A stretch of 64,000 nt of DNA from an uncultured Planctomycetaceae bacterium (GTDB lineage: Bacteria > Planctomycetota > Planctomycetia > Pirellulales > PALSA-1355): contig CAWAUV010000008.1 of NCBI GenBank assembly GCA_963785305.1, positions 672,001-736,000 of the forward strand. The letters run 5' to 3'. Shown piece by piece: positions 1 to 14,048 of this stretch. Every line of letters begins with the position of its first letter. The first letter of the stretch is position 1. Both the position numbers and the translations under genes were made by a program. The notes below the pieces were generated by a model. The model had not been told where the DNA came from, made no database searches, and saw only the letters and a program-made list of their open reading frames with translations.

Positions 1-1118
1 TAGATGATCATCTCGGCGTCGACCGTGAGGGCCAAGTCCTTGGGCGTCGCGAACATGCCTTCGATGCCGCCGACATAGCCCTCGGCCAAGGTAGCGCCCA
101 TCGGCCGCCTCAGCCGCTCCTCGAAGAGCTCTTGCAATTCGGCGCCGCCGCGCTCGACGGCATAGCCGCCGCTCTGGGCGTAGATTTTTTCGAAGTTTCG
201 AGCCACATCGGCCCAATTATCGTCGAGTGCGTCGCTCGCGCCGGGCGTGGGCGTGGTGACGACATTGCCGCGGGCGATCGCAAAGAATTTGCCCGTGCGC
301 CCCCGGTAGCCGATCTCGACCCGGTAGCTCTTGGGCGGCTCGACCACATGGATATACCAGTTGCTCACGCCGCCATGAATCTCGATCTCTTGCGACACGC
401 GCTCCGAAGCGCTCGTGGCGCCGCCTTCGGTGACCTCGAGCACCCGCAGCGTGGGCCGGGCCAGATGCCATTCTTGGCCCATGGCCGCCTTGGCTCGCTC
501 GACGCTCTGCCGAGTGATTTCCCAATAGGCATGCAGCCAGAAGCTATCGCGCACCATGACAATGATCCGATCCTTGCGGGGCGAGGCCTTCGCGTCGGAT
601 CCGTTGGCTAGGTTTTGCGATTGCTCATGCCGCGAGCGCTCGACCCGTAGCCGCTCGAGCGCACGGCGGGCAATGGCGCTCGCCGGTCGGGCCGGAGCGG
701 TGGGCGGTTGCACGGGGCGACTCACCACCTTGCGCGGCGCGGCCGTTGATGCCGCGGTGGCGGCCGGCGCCTTCGTGGCGCCTCGGGCGGCGCCGTTTGT
801 CGGCAGCGAGGCGCTCCGCGAGAGCGCACGCGTGACGACGCCGCGCGATGTGGTCTCGGCCGCGAGGCGGCGGCGGCGCTGGGCGGGCAGCTTCGCGCTG
901 CTCGAGCCTGTCGTTCGCGAGCTGCTGGAGCGGCTTGCGGGCGCCGCCGGCTTCTTCGCCAAGCGAGAGGATTTCGCGGCGGCCGATTTCGCGGGGCTCG
1001 CCAGCAAGGCTTTCACCAGTTGATCCTTACGCATCGAATGCCAGCCGCGCACGCCGCCTTGCTTGGCCATTTCCGCAAGGTCTTTGTGACTGTACGACTT
1101 GAGAGTGGCAGGGGTCAT
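1..1118 (-). CDS. DUF4912-like protein with N-terminal Rho-N-like helical domain; runs off the left edge of the window
   Basis: Translated by hand; not in the ORF track because there is no stop in the window. Reads MTPATLKSYSHKDLAEMAKQGGVRGWHSMRKDQLVKAL, then an Ala/Ser/Lys linker, then DRIIVMVRDSFWLHAYWEI...NWYIHV...YRVEIGY. GAGG upstream of ATG 1118. Confidence 0.75.
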   Translation of the reverse strand, partial: MTPATLKSYSHKDLAEMAKQGGVRGWHSMRKDQLVKALLASPAKSAAAKSSRLAKKPAAPASRSSSSRTTGSSSAKLPAQRRRRLAAETTSRGVVTRALSRSASLPTNGAARGATKAPAATAASTAAPRKVVSRPVQPPTAPARPASAIARRALERLRVERSRHEQSQNLANGSDAKASPRKDRIIVMVRDSFWLHAYWEITRQSVERAKAAMGQEWHLARPTLRVLEVTEGGATSASERVSQEIEIHGGVSNWYIHVVEPPKSYRVEIGYRGRTGKFFAIARGNVVTTPTPGASDALDDNWADVARNFEKIYAQSGGYAVERGGAELQELFEERLRRPMGATLAEGYVGGIEGMFATPKDLALTVDAEMII

Positions 1119-1558
1119 GGGTGCTACCTCGGATACGCCATCGAGCGACCATGACGGGAAGCAGGGGTCGCGATTCGGGCGGCTGGGGGTTGCGCGTCCG
1201 TGCTGACCTGGTGGGGGTTAGGTTCGAGCCTCGTGGTCGGTCCCTTGGCCACGCAATCGCCACAAGCTGGCGAGACCCGATTCCCCTCGAAAAGAGGGGC
1301 AAATGGGCCGGCATCGAACTAAACAAATCCTAATCGAACCGCGAGCAAAACGCAATGCGCTCGCCTGGGTATCGCTGCCCACGATGCGGGTTCGCCCGCG
1401 GCGACCTGTTCATTTCTGGCGGCGCTCGGCGGCGCGATTTTGCGGCCCGCCGCATGGTCTAGGAGACGAAATCGGGCGCCTTAACCTATTGAGGTGGTGG
1501 ATTTTGGGAGTCGTGGTCCTACTTCGTGAAAAAAAACACGAATTTGGCCTCCGACCCG

Positions 1559-1587
1559 TTGTATTGTCGACCCCGTTGGATTAAATT
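1559..1587 (+). promoter_or_regulatory. Putative sigma70 promoter of the atp operon
   Basis: TTGTAT-N17-TAAATT in an AT-rich patch about 110 bp upstream of the first atp gene. Confidence 0.45.
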
Positions 1588-1696
1588 GCGAACCTTACAA
1601 GCTCTTAAAAATTATCGAAGTCCCGTTGTACCCAGGCAGTTTTCCTTTCCAGTCCGATCCTTTGCTTTCTAGCCCGATAGCTCATGGGGCCGGCCA

Positions 1697-1909
1697 ATGG
1701 CGGATCGCCAGACGTCTCCCTATGCGGAAGCCCTCGGCTGGGTCGCCAAGATCACGACCATTGGTTGCGAAATGGTGGCGCCGGGGCTTGTCGGTTCTTG
1801 GCTGGAGCACCGCTACGGCTTGCGTTTCCTGGCGATCGCGGGGTTTGTGCTCGGGTTCTTCGTCGGATTCTGGCATTTAATGGTCATGGTCCGCACGCCG
1901 CGCAGTTGA
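1697..1909 (+). CDS. AtpZ/AtpI-family small membrane protein
   Basis: 70 aa with two hydrophobic segments (GLVGSWLEHRYG...GFVLGFFVGFW); first gene of the atp operon. Confidence 0.75.
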   Translation: MADRQTSPYAEALGWVAKITTIGCEMVAPGLVGSWLEHRYGLRFLAIAGFVLGFFVGFWHLMVMVRTPRS

Positions 1910-1994
1910 AACTCGCCCGGGCTCGTTCAGAGGCGTTTTTTGGCGCGGCCATGGCGGTGGGGTGTAGGAAGCTCGGCGGGCGGGTGGGCTGTTC

Positions 1995-2468
1995 TTGTCG
2001 GCGCTCTCGCATGCGAAGGTTGGCGTCGTGGTTTCGAGCCCGGTTCCGCTGAGTTTGGCGGCCGCATGCATGCGGTTGGTGGGGTTCTTGCTAATTGTCG
2101 GGTCTGGGGCCGTGGGATTCGAGTTCGTGCGTTCGAGTGAATCGAGCGCCGGAGCAGTGGCGATTGCCGCGGGATTGTGCGGGGCGGGCGGCGTGGCCGC
2201 GCTCGCCGTTGCAAGTCGGGCTCGGGGACCACGCAAGGCCGTGACGGTGATTTTGGCGGGTGTCGTTTTGCGTGGCGTGGCGCCGCTCGTGGTCGGGCTG
2301 GCGCTGCGAGCGCGGTTCGCCTGGTTGGCCGCGGCCCACATCGAAGGGTGGTTGCTGGGGTTTTATTTATTGACGTTGATCGTCGAGGCGTGGCTCCTGC
2401 CGAGGCTGCTCGCCGCCGGTGAAACGGCGGCGGTCGGCGAACGAACGGTAGGGCCGCCGAGCGCCTAG
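1995..2468 (+). CDS. Membrane protein, possibly ATP synthase I-like
   Basis: About 4 hydrophobic helices; lies between the AtpZ-like gene and atpB; start uncertain. Confidence 0.55.
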   Translation: MSALSHAKVGVVVSSPVPLSLAAACMRLVGFLLIVGSGAVGFEFVRSSESSAGAVAIAAGLCGAGGVAALAVASRARGPRKAVTVILAGVVLRGVAPLVVGLALRARFAWLAAAHIEGWLLGFYLLTLIVEAWLLPRLLAAGETAAVGERTVGPPSA

Positions 2469-2587
2469 GCGAGGGGCTGAACTAAAAGGGACTCGGTCGT
2501 CGGCGCGGATTTCGACGTGGTTGTTTGCCGGATCTCGGCAAGTCGAACGATGATCGCGGGCCGTTTTTCACGAGGTTGATATAGCAC

Positions 2588-3520
2588 ATGCCCAGTCCGG
2601 TTCTTCATATCAAGGACTCCTATTACTTCGACGTGCCGAAGTTCATGTGGCAATATCACTACTCGTCGATCGACGATGTGCCGGCCTATCTGCGCGATGC
2701 CCATCCCGACGTGACCAATCCCGCTTATTACAACAAGGCCCTGGCCGGAAAGATTCTGATCCCGCAGCCGTTCGGCGAGCTGCGAAATTTGTATCAACCC
2801 TCGTCGGGCCTATGCATCTCGCGCAACATGGTGCTCGAGATTTTCGTCGCGATCGCGCTGTGCGTGGTGCTCATTGGTTATGCGCGGCATGTGCGCTCGG
2901 GACAACGCCCGCGAGGCAAGCTGTGGAATTTCATTGAAATCCTGGTCGTTTTCGTGCGCGATCAAGTGGCGCGGCCCGCGATCGGCCACGACGCGGACCG
3001 GTATATGCCGCTTTTGTGGACGATTTTCTTCTTTGTGTTGGGCATGAACCTCATCGGCTTGGTGCCCTGGACCGGGGCGCCGACGGCGTCGTTTGGCGTG
3101 ACCCTGGCCTTGGCTGGAATTACCTTTGCCACGGTGCTCTTTTCGGGCATGGCGAAGTTCGGGCCGGTCGGGTTTTGGATCAATCAGTGCCCGCACATGG
3201 ATTTGCCTTGGTATTATTTCCCCATCAAGTTCATGGTGTGGGCGATCGAAGTGATGGGACTCTTCATCAAACATAGCGTGTTGGCCGTGCGTTTGTTGGC
3301 CAATATGTTGGCTGGGCACTTGGTGCTGCTGAGCATCCTGGGCATGGCTTTTACGCTGCAAGTGGCGGCGCAGAAATACGGCTGGTGGGCCGCCGCGGCC
3401 ATCACCGTGACCGCGAGTTCGATCTTCGAGGTGCTCGAGCTTTTCGTCGCGTTCTTGCAGGCATATATTTTCGCGTTTTTGTCGGCATTGTTCATCGGTT
3501 CCGCGACACACGGTCATTAG
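2588..3520 (+). CDS. atpB: ATP synthase Fo subunit a
   Basis: MNLIGLVP, LAVRLLANMLAGH, LELFVAFLQAYIF motifs. Confidence 0.97.
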   Translation: MPSPVLHIKDSYYFDVPKFMWQYHYSSIDDVPAYLRDAHPDVTNPAYYNKALAGKILIPQPFGELRNLYQPSSGLCISRNMVLEIFVAIALCVVLIGYARHVRSGQRPRGKLWNFIEILVVFVRDQVARPAIGHDADRYMPLLWTIFFFVLGMNLIGLVPWTGAPTASFGVTLALAGITFATVLFSGMAKFGPVGFWINQCPHMDLPWYYFPIKFMVWAIEVMGLFIKHSVLAVRLLANMLAGHLVLLSILGMAFTLQVAAQKYGWWAAAAITVTASSIFEVLELFVAFLQAYIFAFLSALFIGSATHGH

Positions 3521-3568
3521 CGTGTCGCTGGAACGGCCCGTGCATCTTGGTCTTTCAGATTTTTTTGA

Positions 3569-3889
<321 letters not shown>

Positions 3890-3928
3890 TCGATGAGGCG
3901 AACCGTGGCAATGAGAGGGTGCTCGCAC

Positions 3929-4657
3929 ATGGATATCGGGAATTTCTTGGTTCGATGTTTCGCGGTCGCGATCCTGGGCGTTTGTCTCTTGGGAGCGGCG
4001 CTTGCGTCGTCGGCGACGGTTGCTCGCGCCGCCGATGAGCATGTCGCGACCGGTAGTCCGCATGCGCCGGCCGGCGTCCACGCCGCCCACGATCCGTCGG
4101 AGCACATCGGACATGGCAACGCCACGCCCGACTTGGAAAATCCGGTCGAGCCGAAGGCCGATATGGCGATCGCCACCTTGCTCGTGTTTGTCGGGCTGTT
4201 GGCCGTGTTGTGGATCTTCGCCTGGGGGCCGATCTCCGAGGGGCTCGAAAAGCGCGAGGCCGGCATCGCGGCGTCGATTCGCGGCGCCGAAGACGCCAAT
4301 ATCGCCGCTCAGAAGGTGCTCAAGGAGCAAGAAGCCCGCCTCGCCGCCACGGCCGAGCAAGTGCGGGTGATGCTCGACGGAGCCCGGCGCGACGCCGAGC
4401 AAGCCAAGCGGCAAATCGAGGCCGAGGCCAAGATGTCGGCCGAGGCCGAGCGAACTCGGGCTCTGCGCGAGATCGACGTTGCCACGAACCAGGCCCTGAA
4501 AAGCTTGGCCGAGAAAAGCGCCGATCTGGCGGTCGACCTGGCCGGCAAGATCGTGGGCGCCAAGCTCAGCCCGGCCGAGCATGCGCAGTTGATCGAAGAG
4601 GCCATCGGCCGCTTCCCGGGCGCCCATGCTCCCAATGGTCAACCGAGCCACAACTAA
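3929..4657 (+). CDS. atpF: ATP synthase Fo subunit b with N-terminal extension
   Basis: TM helix, then FAWGPISEGLEKRE and a long coiled coil; start ATG 3929 chosen from the GAGAGGG RBS. Confidence 0.93.
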   Translation: MDIGNFLVRCFAVAILGVCLLGAALASSATVARAADEHVATGSPHAPAGVHAAHDPSEHIGHGNATPDLENPVEPKADMAIATLLVFVGLLAVLWIFAWGPISEGLEKREAGIAASIRGAEDANIAAQKVLKEQEARLAATAEQVRVMLDGARRDAEQAKRQIEAEAKMSAEAERTRALREIDVATNQALKSLAEKSADLAVDLAGKIVGAKLSPAEHAQLIEEAIGRFPGAHAPNGQPSHN

Positions 4658-4723
4658 GCGCCCGACGAGCCTCCCAGAGTCCTGTTTCGTTTTGAGTCAC
4701 CTTTTGAGCCGACTGGGCTTGCG

Positions 4724-6860
<2,137 letters not shown>

Positions 6861-6968
6861 TAGTCGTAAGCGCGCCGGTTGGAAGGGCGGCCAGGATTGG
6901 TTCGCCCCGGTCCGCTCCACCGCCGGTCGAGTGTTCGAGTCCACGATCGCAAGAATTGCATTAACGCC

Positions 6969-7925
6969 ATGGCCAAAGCCCGCGCCCTAGACAAACGCCG
7001 CAAGTCGATTCGCAACATCCGCAAGATCACGCGGACGATGGAGCTGATCGCCACCGCCCGCTTTAAAAAGGCGATGGATCGCGCGCATGCCGCCAGCGCC
7101 TACACTCGCCGCATCACGCAGCTTGTGGCCGATCTCGCGGCGAGCGGGTTGGAAGTTTCGCATCCGCTGCTGAAGCCGCGAAAGAAGCCCGAGCGCGCCG
7201 TGCTGCTATTGCTCACGGCCAATCGCGGTTTGTGTGGCGGCTACAATGGCGCCGTGCAGCGGGCCGGCTTTAATCGGCTGACGGAGCTCGCCGCCCAGGC
7301 GCCGCATGTGGCGCTGGAAGTGTCGGGCCGGCGCGGCATCGCGGCCTGCAAGTTTCGCAATATTTCACCGGCCGCGAGCTATACGAATTTCGAGGACAAG
7401 CCCTCGTTCGAAGAGGTCGAGACACTGGCCAATCGCTATTTGGAAGCCTATGCGGCCGGCAAGCTCGATCGGCTCGACGTGGCGTATATGCAGTTCGAAA
7501 ACGTCAGCCGGCAGTCGGTCGTCGTCGAGACGCTGCTGCCGCTCGGCTCGCTCGACGTGGCCGGGACTGCTCCCGCCAAGGCGAAGGACCACTCGCCGAC
7601 CCCCGGGCACGGTCAAACATCGGCGGCCGCCAGCCCCGGTGCGAGGAAATCGGCCGGCGGCGCCACGATCTACGAGTTCCTGCCGAGCGCCGAAAGCATC
7701 TTGGAGGAAGTCGTGCCGACCAGTTTCAAGGTCAAGCTGTTCAAGTGCTTTCTCGACGCGGCCGTGAGCGAACAGGTCGCCCGCATGGTGGCGATGAAAT
7801 CGGCCACGAAGAGCGCCGGCGATCGGATCAAGGACCTTTCGATGAAATACAACCGGGCCCGCCAGAGCCAGATCACGGGCGAGATCATGGAGATCATCGG
7901 CGGCGTCGAGGCACTGAACCAATAG
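6969..7925 (+). CDS. atpG: ATP synthase F1 subunit gamma
   Basis: KITRTMELIA, NRGLCGGYN, ARMVAMKSAT, YNRARQSQIT. Confidence 0.98.
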   Translation: MAKARALDKRRKSIRNIRKITRTMELIATARFKKAMDRAHAASAYTRRITQLVADLAASGLEVSHPLLKPRKKPERAVLLLLTANRGLCGGYNGAVQRAGFNRLTELAAQAPHVALEVSGRRGIAACKFRNISPAASYTNFEDKPSFEEVETLANRYLEAYAAGKLDRLDVAYMQFENVSRQSVVVETLLPLGSLDVAGTAPAKAKDHSPTPGHGQTSAAASPGARKSAGGATIYEFLPSAESILEEVVPTSFKVKLFKCFLDAAVSEQVARMVAMKSATKSAGDRIKDLSMKYNRARQSQITGEIMEIIGGVEALNQ

Positions 7926-7963
7926 CGATTCCGAGCGGTGCGCCACGATTGCGATCGATGTAA

Positions 7964-9466
<1,503 letters not shown>

Positions 9467-9578
9467 GGTTCAGGCAAAGCCGGACCCGAGCCTTGGCGAT
9501 TCGTCGAGCCACGGGGAGCGGTCGGGGTTGGGTTCAGGGTGAATCTCGAAGTTGTCGCGGAAAGCGTCGGTGGTCGCC

Positions 9579-10000
9579 ATGGCTGAATTGCATTGTATCG
9601 TCGTCACGCCCGAGACGACGATCTTGGAACAAACGGTCGAGTTCGTGGCGCTCCCGCTGTTCGATGGCGAACTGGGAGTCCAGCCGGGGCATGCTCCGCT
9701 GATCGGGCGTTTGGGCTATGGCGAAATGCGGCTCAAGCTTGGTGGGACCACCACGAGCTTTTTCGTCGATGGCGGGTTCGTGCAAGTGGCCAACGACATC
9801 GTGTCGGTGCTCACCAGCCGCGCGATTCCACTGGACAAGATCGACTCGAAGGCCGCGGCCGAGCAACTTGCCGAGGCGCTGAAGCGCCCGCGCATTCGCC
9901 CGACACGATGGCCACCCGCGACCGGCTTCAGGCCGAAGCTCGCGCGGAATTGCGCCTCGCGAGGAAGATCGGCGCGGGGGCCCATGTGCCCTCGGCGTAA
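9579..10000 (+). CDS. atpC: ATP synthase F1 subunit epsilon (apparent 1-nt frameshift near 9890)
   Basis: VVTPE...GELGVQPGHAPL...FVDGGF; the C-terminal helix RDRLQAEARAELRLARK is in another frame (ORF 9593..10000). Confidence 0.9.
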
Positions 10001-10032
10001 CGTGCCCTCGGCGTAACGTGCCCTCGGCGTGA
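9985..10032 (+). repeat. 3 x 16-bp tandem repeat containing the atpC stop codon
   Basis: tgtgccctcggcgtaa / cgtgccctcggcgtaa / cgtgccctcggcgtga. Confidence 0.95.
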
Positions 10033-10090
10033 AAAGTGATCGTCCTCGACCCGCGGGGCGTCGGTCGCCCGCTCGCGAGCCGCGCGGGCT

Positions 10091-11993
10091 TTATTCCGGC
10101 TGCTTGTTGAGCGTGAAGCCGGTGAGGAACCAGCCATTGGCTTCGGTGGCGATCGTCACTCCGGCCGGTCCGAAGTAGCGCCGCACGGCCTCGAAGTCGG
10201 GCAGCTTGCTGCCGTCGAGTCGCGGGGCGCGGGGCACGCCGGACCGGTTGTCGCCCAGCAACATGTTGAGCAACTTGCCGAACATGGTTTCCGACTCGGG
10301 CATGCGTCCGGCGCGGAACAGTTCATAGACCGGGCGATATTCCTCGTCGGTGCGCGAGAAGTTCATGGCGCAATTCTCGTTCGCGGCGTATTTCTTGAGC
10401 TCCCCGGAGACGAGCTTGAAATCGACGCTGTCGGAGAGCGGCTCCTGGCTCGGCATTTGCGAGAGAATCTTGATCATCAGATCGATGTTCGTCGACCAGA
10501 ACAATTGGCCGTTGGCCACCGATACCGCCGAGTTCGGCGGTAGCCGCGGCTCCTTGTTCGCGTCGTCGGCGTCGTCTTTCGGAGCCGCATCGGCGAAGCT
10601 CGGCTGGTTTTCGATCACCACCATCGGCAGCGCGTTTTCCTCCTCGACCATTTCCCAGATCACGTTGTTGTTGAACTCGCGGCGGCGGGCATTCGGGTCA
10701 ATCCGCATCATGCGATCGATCGCGCTTGCCAGGAGCTTGGCGTCGGTGGCTTCCACCGCGATCAGAATGCGTTCGCTTTTGGTCGTGATCGGTAGGTGGT
10801 AATCGCTGAGCATCACGATTCGCTCGCCCAGGTGCGCCACGATTTCCTTGCGCACATCGACCATGGCGCCGTTGGGATCGTCGCGAATGCCTTCGAGCAC
10901 ATCCTTCCACACATCGTCGCCGACATATTCGTTGACCAGCGTTTCCGATGCTTCGAAGGCTTCCTTGGTCTTCAGGTTGAAGGCGCTGAAAGCGGCAATC
11001 TCGCGCGGCGCCCAGGCCGGCGGAGCGAGCGATTCGGTATTGGGGAAATTGAGCATCCGGGCGCCGAGCTTGTATTTGGCCTCGCCGGCGCCGGCGACCG
11101 GCGGGGCGTAGATCATGGTGCGATGCAGAAGTTCCCGCTCGGTGTCGAGCGCCAAGTTCACGAATCCGCCCAGACCTTGGATGGCTTCGAAGCCTTGCTT
11201 TCGCAGGATTTCGAGCAGGTCGTGCTCGCGGTGGCGCCGGCTCGGATTGCTGGCCCGCATCACATCGGCATAGCCAAACGGTTCGATGAACCAGCGGATT
11301 TGCGGGGCGAGTCCGTCGGCCGATTGTTTACAGCGCTCGGCGATGGCCTTGAACGATTCGACGCCGGCGAGGCTGTCGTTCGATTCGTGGCCCAACCGGC
11401 CGACCATGGCGTTCGAGTACTTTCGGGTCATCGGCGCCGACGAGCACGCCATCGTGCAACGCGTAGCCGGTTTGATAGCCGGCCACTTCGCCTTGCTTGG
11501 GCACGGCGAACATCGTGACCTTCACGCCGTGAACTTCGTGTTCGCTCTGGGTGGCGTGTCGCTCGGCCATGGTCTTCGAGATTTTTTCGATGAGCTCGGC
11601 CGCTTGCTGCTCGTGGCCGGCGCAATCGGCGAACACCGCTTGAGAATGACCGCCCTTGGTCGGCTCGATCACCGCGACGCTCGCTTCGCCGCTGGGAACC
11701 TTGGAGAAGTCTTCCCAGGTGAGGCCGAGCCGCTGATGGGCCGCCTGCCACTTTCGGCGAAGCTGTTCGCGAAAGTCTTCCTCGAAGGGTTTCATGAGCG
11801 GATCGGCCATGAGCTGGCCGATTTGCGTCTTGTCCCAGCTAGCAACGACACCCTCGATGCTCGCCGTGGAAACGAACAGCTTGGTGGTGGCTGGAAAAAC
11901 GGTTTCGCTGGCCGGCGCTGCTGCCCGCGCCGGCGCCGCGAAACTCGAAATGATTACGACGGCGAATCCAAATAAAATCAGCCTGCGCGGCAC
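10091..11993 (-). CDS. Secreted hypothetical protein, split by a frameshift near 11410
   Basis: Signal peptide (MPRRLILFGFAVVIISSFAAPARA) in ORF 11328..11993; coding continues in ORF 10091..11452. Confidence 0.7.
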
Positions 11994-12492
11994 GTTCGGA
12001 TCTCCTCGTCTATGGCCGGGTAGCCTCGAAGCGCAAGCGCTCGACCCCGCCCGCTCGGTTCTTGCCTAGGCATTCCTAATCAATCGGCTCAATCAGCGAT
12101 CCACGATCAGTGCATGCTCCGCGGAAGTCGCGCTGTTTGCCGATTTAGACAGCGTAAATTCGGCAAGGCTTGCACGGTATTCGATGCTATCGCTTGGCGC
12201 AGTTCGCCCAGATTCGCTCCTTCGCCAGCCGGCGCCGCTCGCGCCCATGACCCGCGCCGCGCATGGCCCGGGCGCCAGCAATGTGGTAAAACGAAAAACC
12301 GACTTGCGCGTGGCGATCAACGATGGCCCGCGCCCCGAGCGTTAGAATAAGGGGGCCGCCGGGCTTTCGCTAGTTCTATTGTCGCGCGCTCTTGGGGCGC
12401 CTTGGCGCGTCGCGAACAAGACGATCCTCCTCCCGCCACGGCGCCCCGAAAAACCCGTGGGTTCCCGAAAAACCAGCGGCCCGCCGAAAACC

Positions 12493-13918
12493 ATGCGTGA
12501 TTTTCGCAATGAAAACCTCAGCCACGACGCCGTTCATGGCTACATCCCCTTCGTGGCCCACGGCGCCGGCGACGAAGTGGCCGAGCGGCGGATCATCGAT
12601 CATCCCTGGGTCCAACGGCTGCGGCAAATTCATCAACTCCAAACCGCCTGGTGGGTCTATCCGACCGCCGAACACACGCGGTTTCAACATGTCGTTGGCG
12701 TAATGCACCTGGCCAGCCGGGCCGCCGCCGCGCTCTACGATTCGCTCCGCGAAGCGGCGCCCAACGCGCCCAGTCGCGGATATGTCGAAACCTTGCTCCG
12801 CATGGCCGGCTTATTGCACGATGTGGGTCACGGCCCCTTCGGCCATTTCTTCGACGAGCGATTCCTGAGCGCCTACCACGAAACGCACGAAACCATCGGC
12901 GCCCGCATCATTTGCCACGAACTCGGCCCGCTCTTGCGCGGAGTGCGGGCCAATCCGAACAGCCGGCTCGAGCCATGCGAGGAGCTCGATCCGGCGCATG
13001 TGGCGCTGCTGATTGCCCGTCCGCCGGCGGCGCGCCGAGCCCTGCTTCGGGCGGCGTGACCGCCGAGGTAGGCGAATTGCCGCGCTGGCTCTTGCTGCTG
13101 CGAAGTCTGTTTAGCGGACTTTACACCATCGACAACATGGACTTCGTGCTGCGCGACGCCTACATGACCGGTTACAGCGTCAAGGCGTTCGATCTCGATC
13201 GCTTGCTCCGCTATAGCTTCTTTTCGGCCGAGGGGCTCACGATCCACGATCGCGGCCTCCCGGCGCTGGTCAGCTTTTTGGCGGTGAAGGCGGAACTGTT
13301 TCGCACCGTGTATTACCATCGCACCGTGCGGGCGATCGATCTCGCGCTGCGCGATCTTTTTGCCGAGAGCCGCGAGTGGCTATTCGCCGGCAATCCGATC
13401 GAACGTCTCGAAGCCTATCAGCGGTTCACCGAATGGTCGCTGCTGGTGGACGTGGCCCGATGGCCGGAGAGCGATTGCGAGCGGCAACGCGAAGTCGGCC
13501 TGCGATGGCGACAAATTCTGCGGCGCGATATACCCTGGAAGATGGTCCGCGAGCGGCGACTCGTGTTTCGCGCGGCCGAACTGGAAACGAGCAGCATCTT
13601 CAACCACCCGGACTTCGTGGAAAGTCGCATTCGCGGGCGCTGCCGGCCGAGCTGCGCGACATGGCGCTGCGCGTGGATGTGACGCGGCACATCCACCGGC
13701 CCGATGCGCGCACGGCTGCCGCGAGCCGTAATTATTGGCTCGACCCGGTGCGCGATCAGATTCGCCCGCTTTCCGACGATCAGCTTTTTGGTCAGTTGCC
13801 GTTCAGCCATCGTATCTGTCGGGTTTATGCCCACGACTTCGAGCACGCGACCGCGCTCGCGGCCGCGCTCGAATCCGTGGCCGGCGCCCTGGCGGCCGAC
13901 GACGCGACGAACATGTGA
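12493..13918 (+). CDS. HD-domain phosphohydrolase, dNTP triphosphohydrolase-like (frameshifts near 13030 and 13635)
   Basis: [36 protein letters not shown] and YYHRTVR, spread over three frames. Confidence 0.85.
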
Positions 13919-14048
13919 GCCATGTCCGGGTGGCGGGCAAACCTTTGCGGCGACCATCCACGGACCCGCGAAGTGTCGCGGCGCTGGCGTCTTTAGTAGA
14001 ATGTCGATTCGATTGTCGGTTTCGCTTTTTTCGAGGTTCGAGAATCCC

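Noticed and set aside
9880..9900. Programmed ribosomal frameshifting in atpC and other split genes
   Set aside because: No shared slippery motif, and the breaks are scattered as expected for sequencing indels.
9985..10032. Short tandem repeats (also 34151-34226, 44412-44466, 61073-61099) as CRISPR arrays
   Set aside because: Units are contiguous with no unique spacers, and no cas genes are present.
12493..13918. HD protein as the PhnZ partner of the PhnY-like dioxygenase
   Set aside because: Length and motifs ([19 protein letters not shown]) fit the dNTPase-like family; it is 30 kb away and linked to purB.
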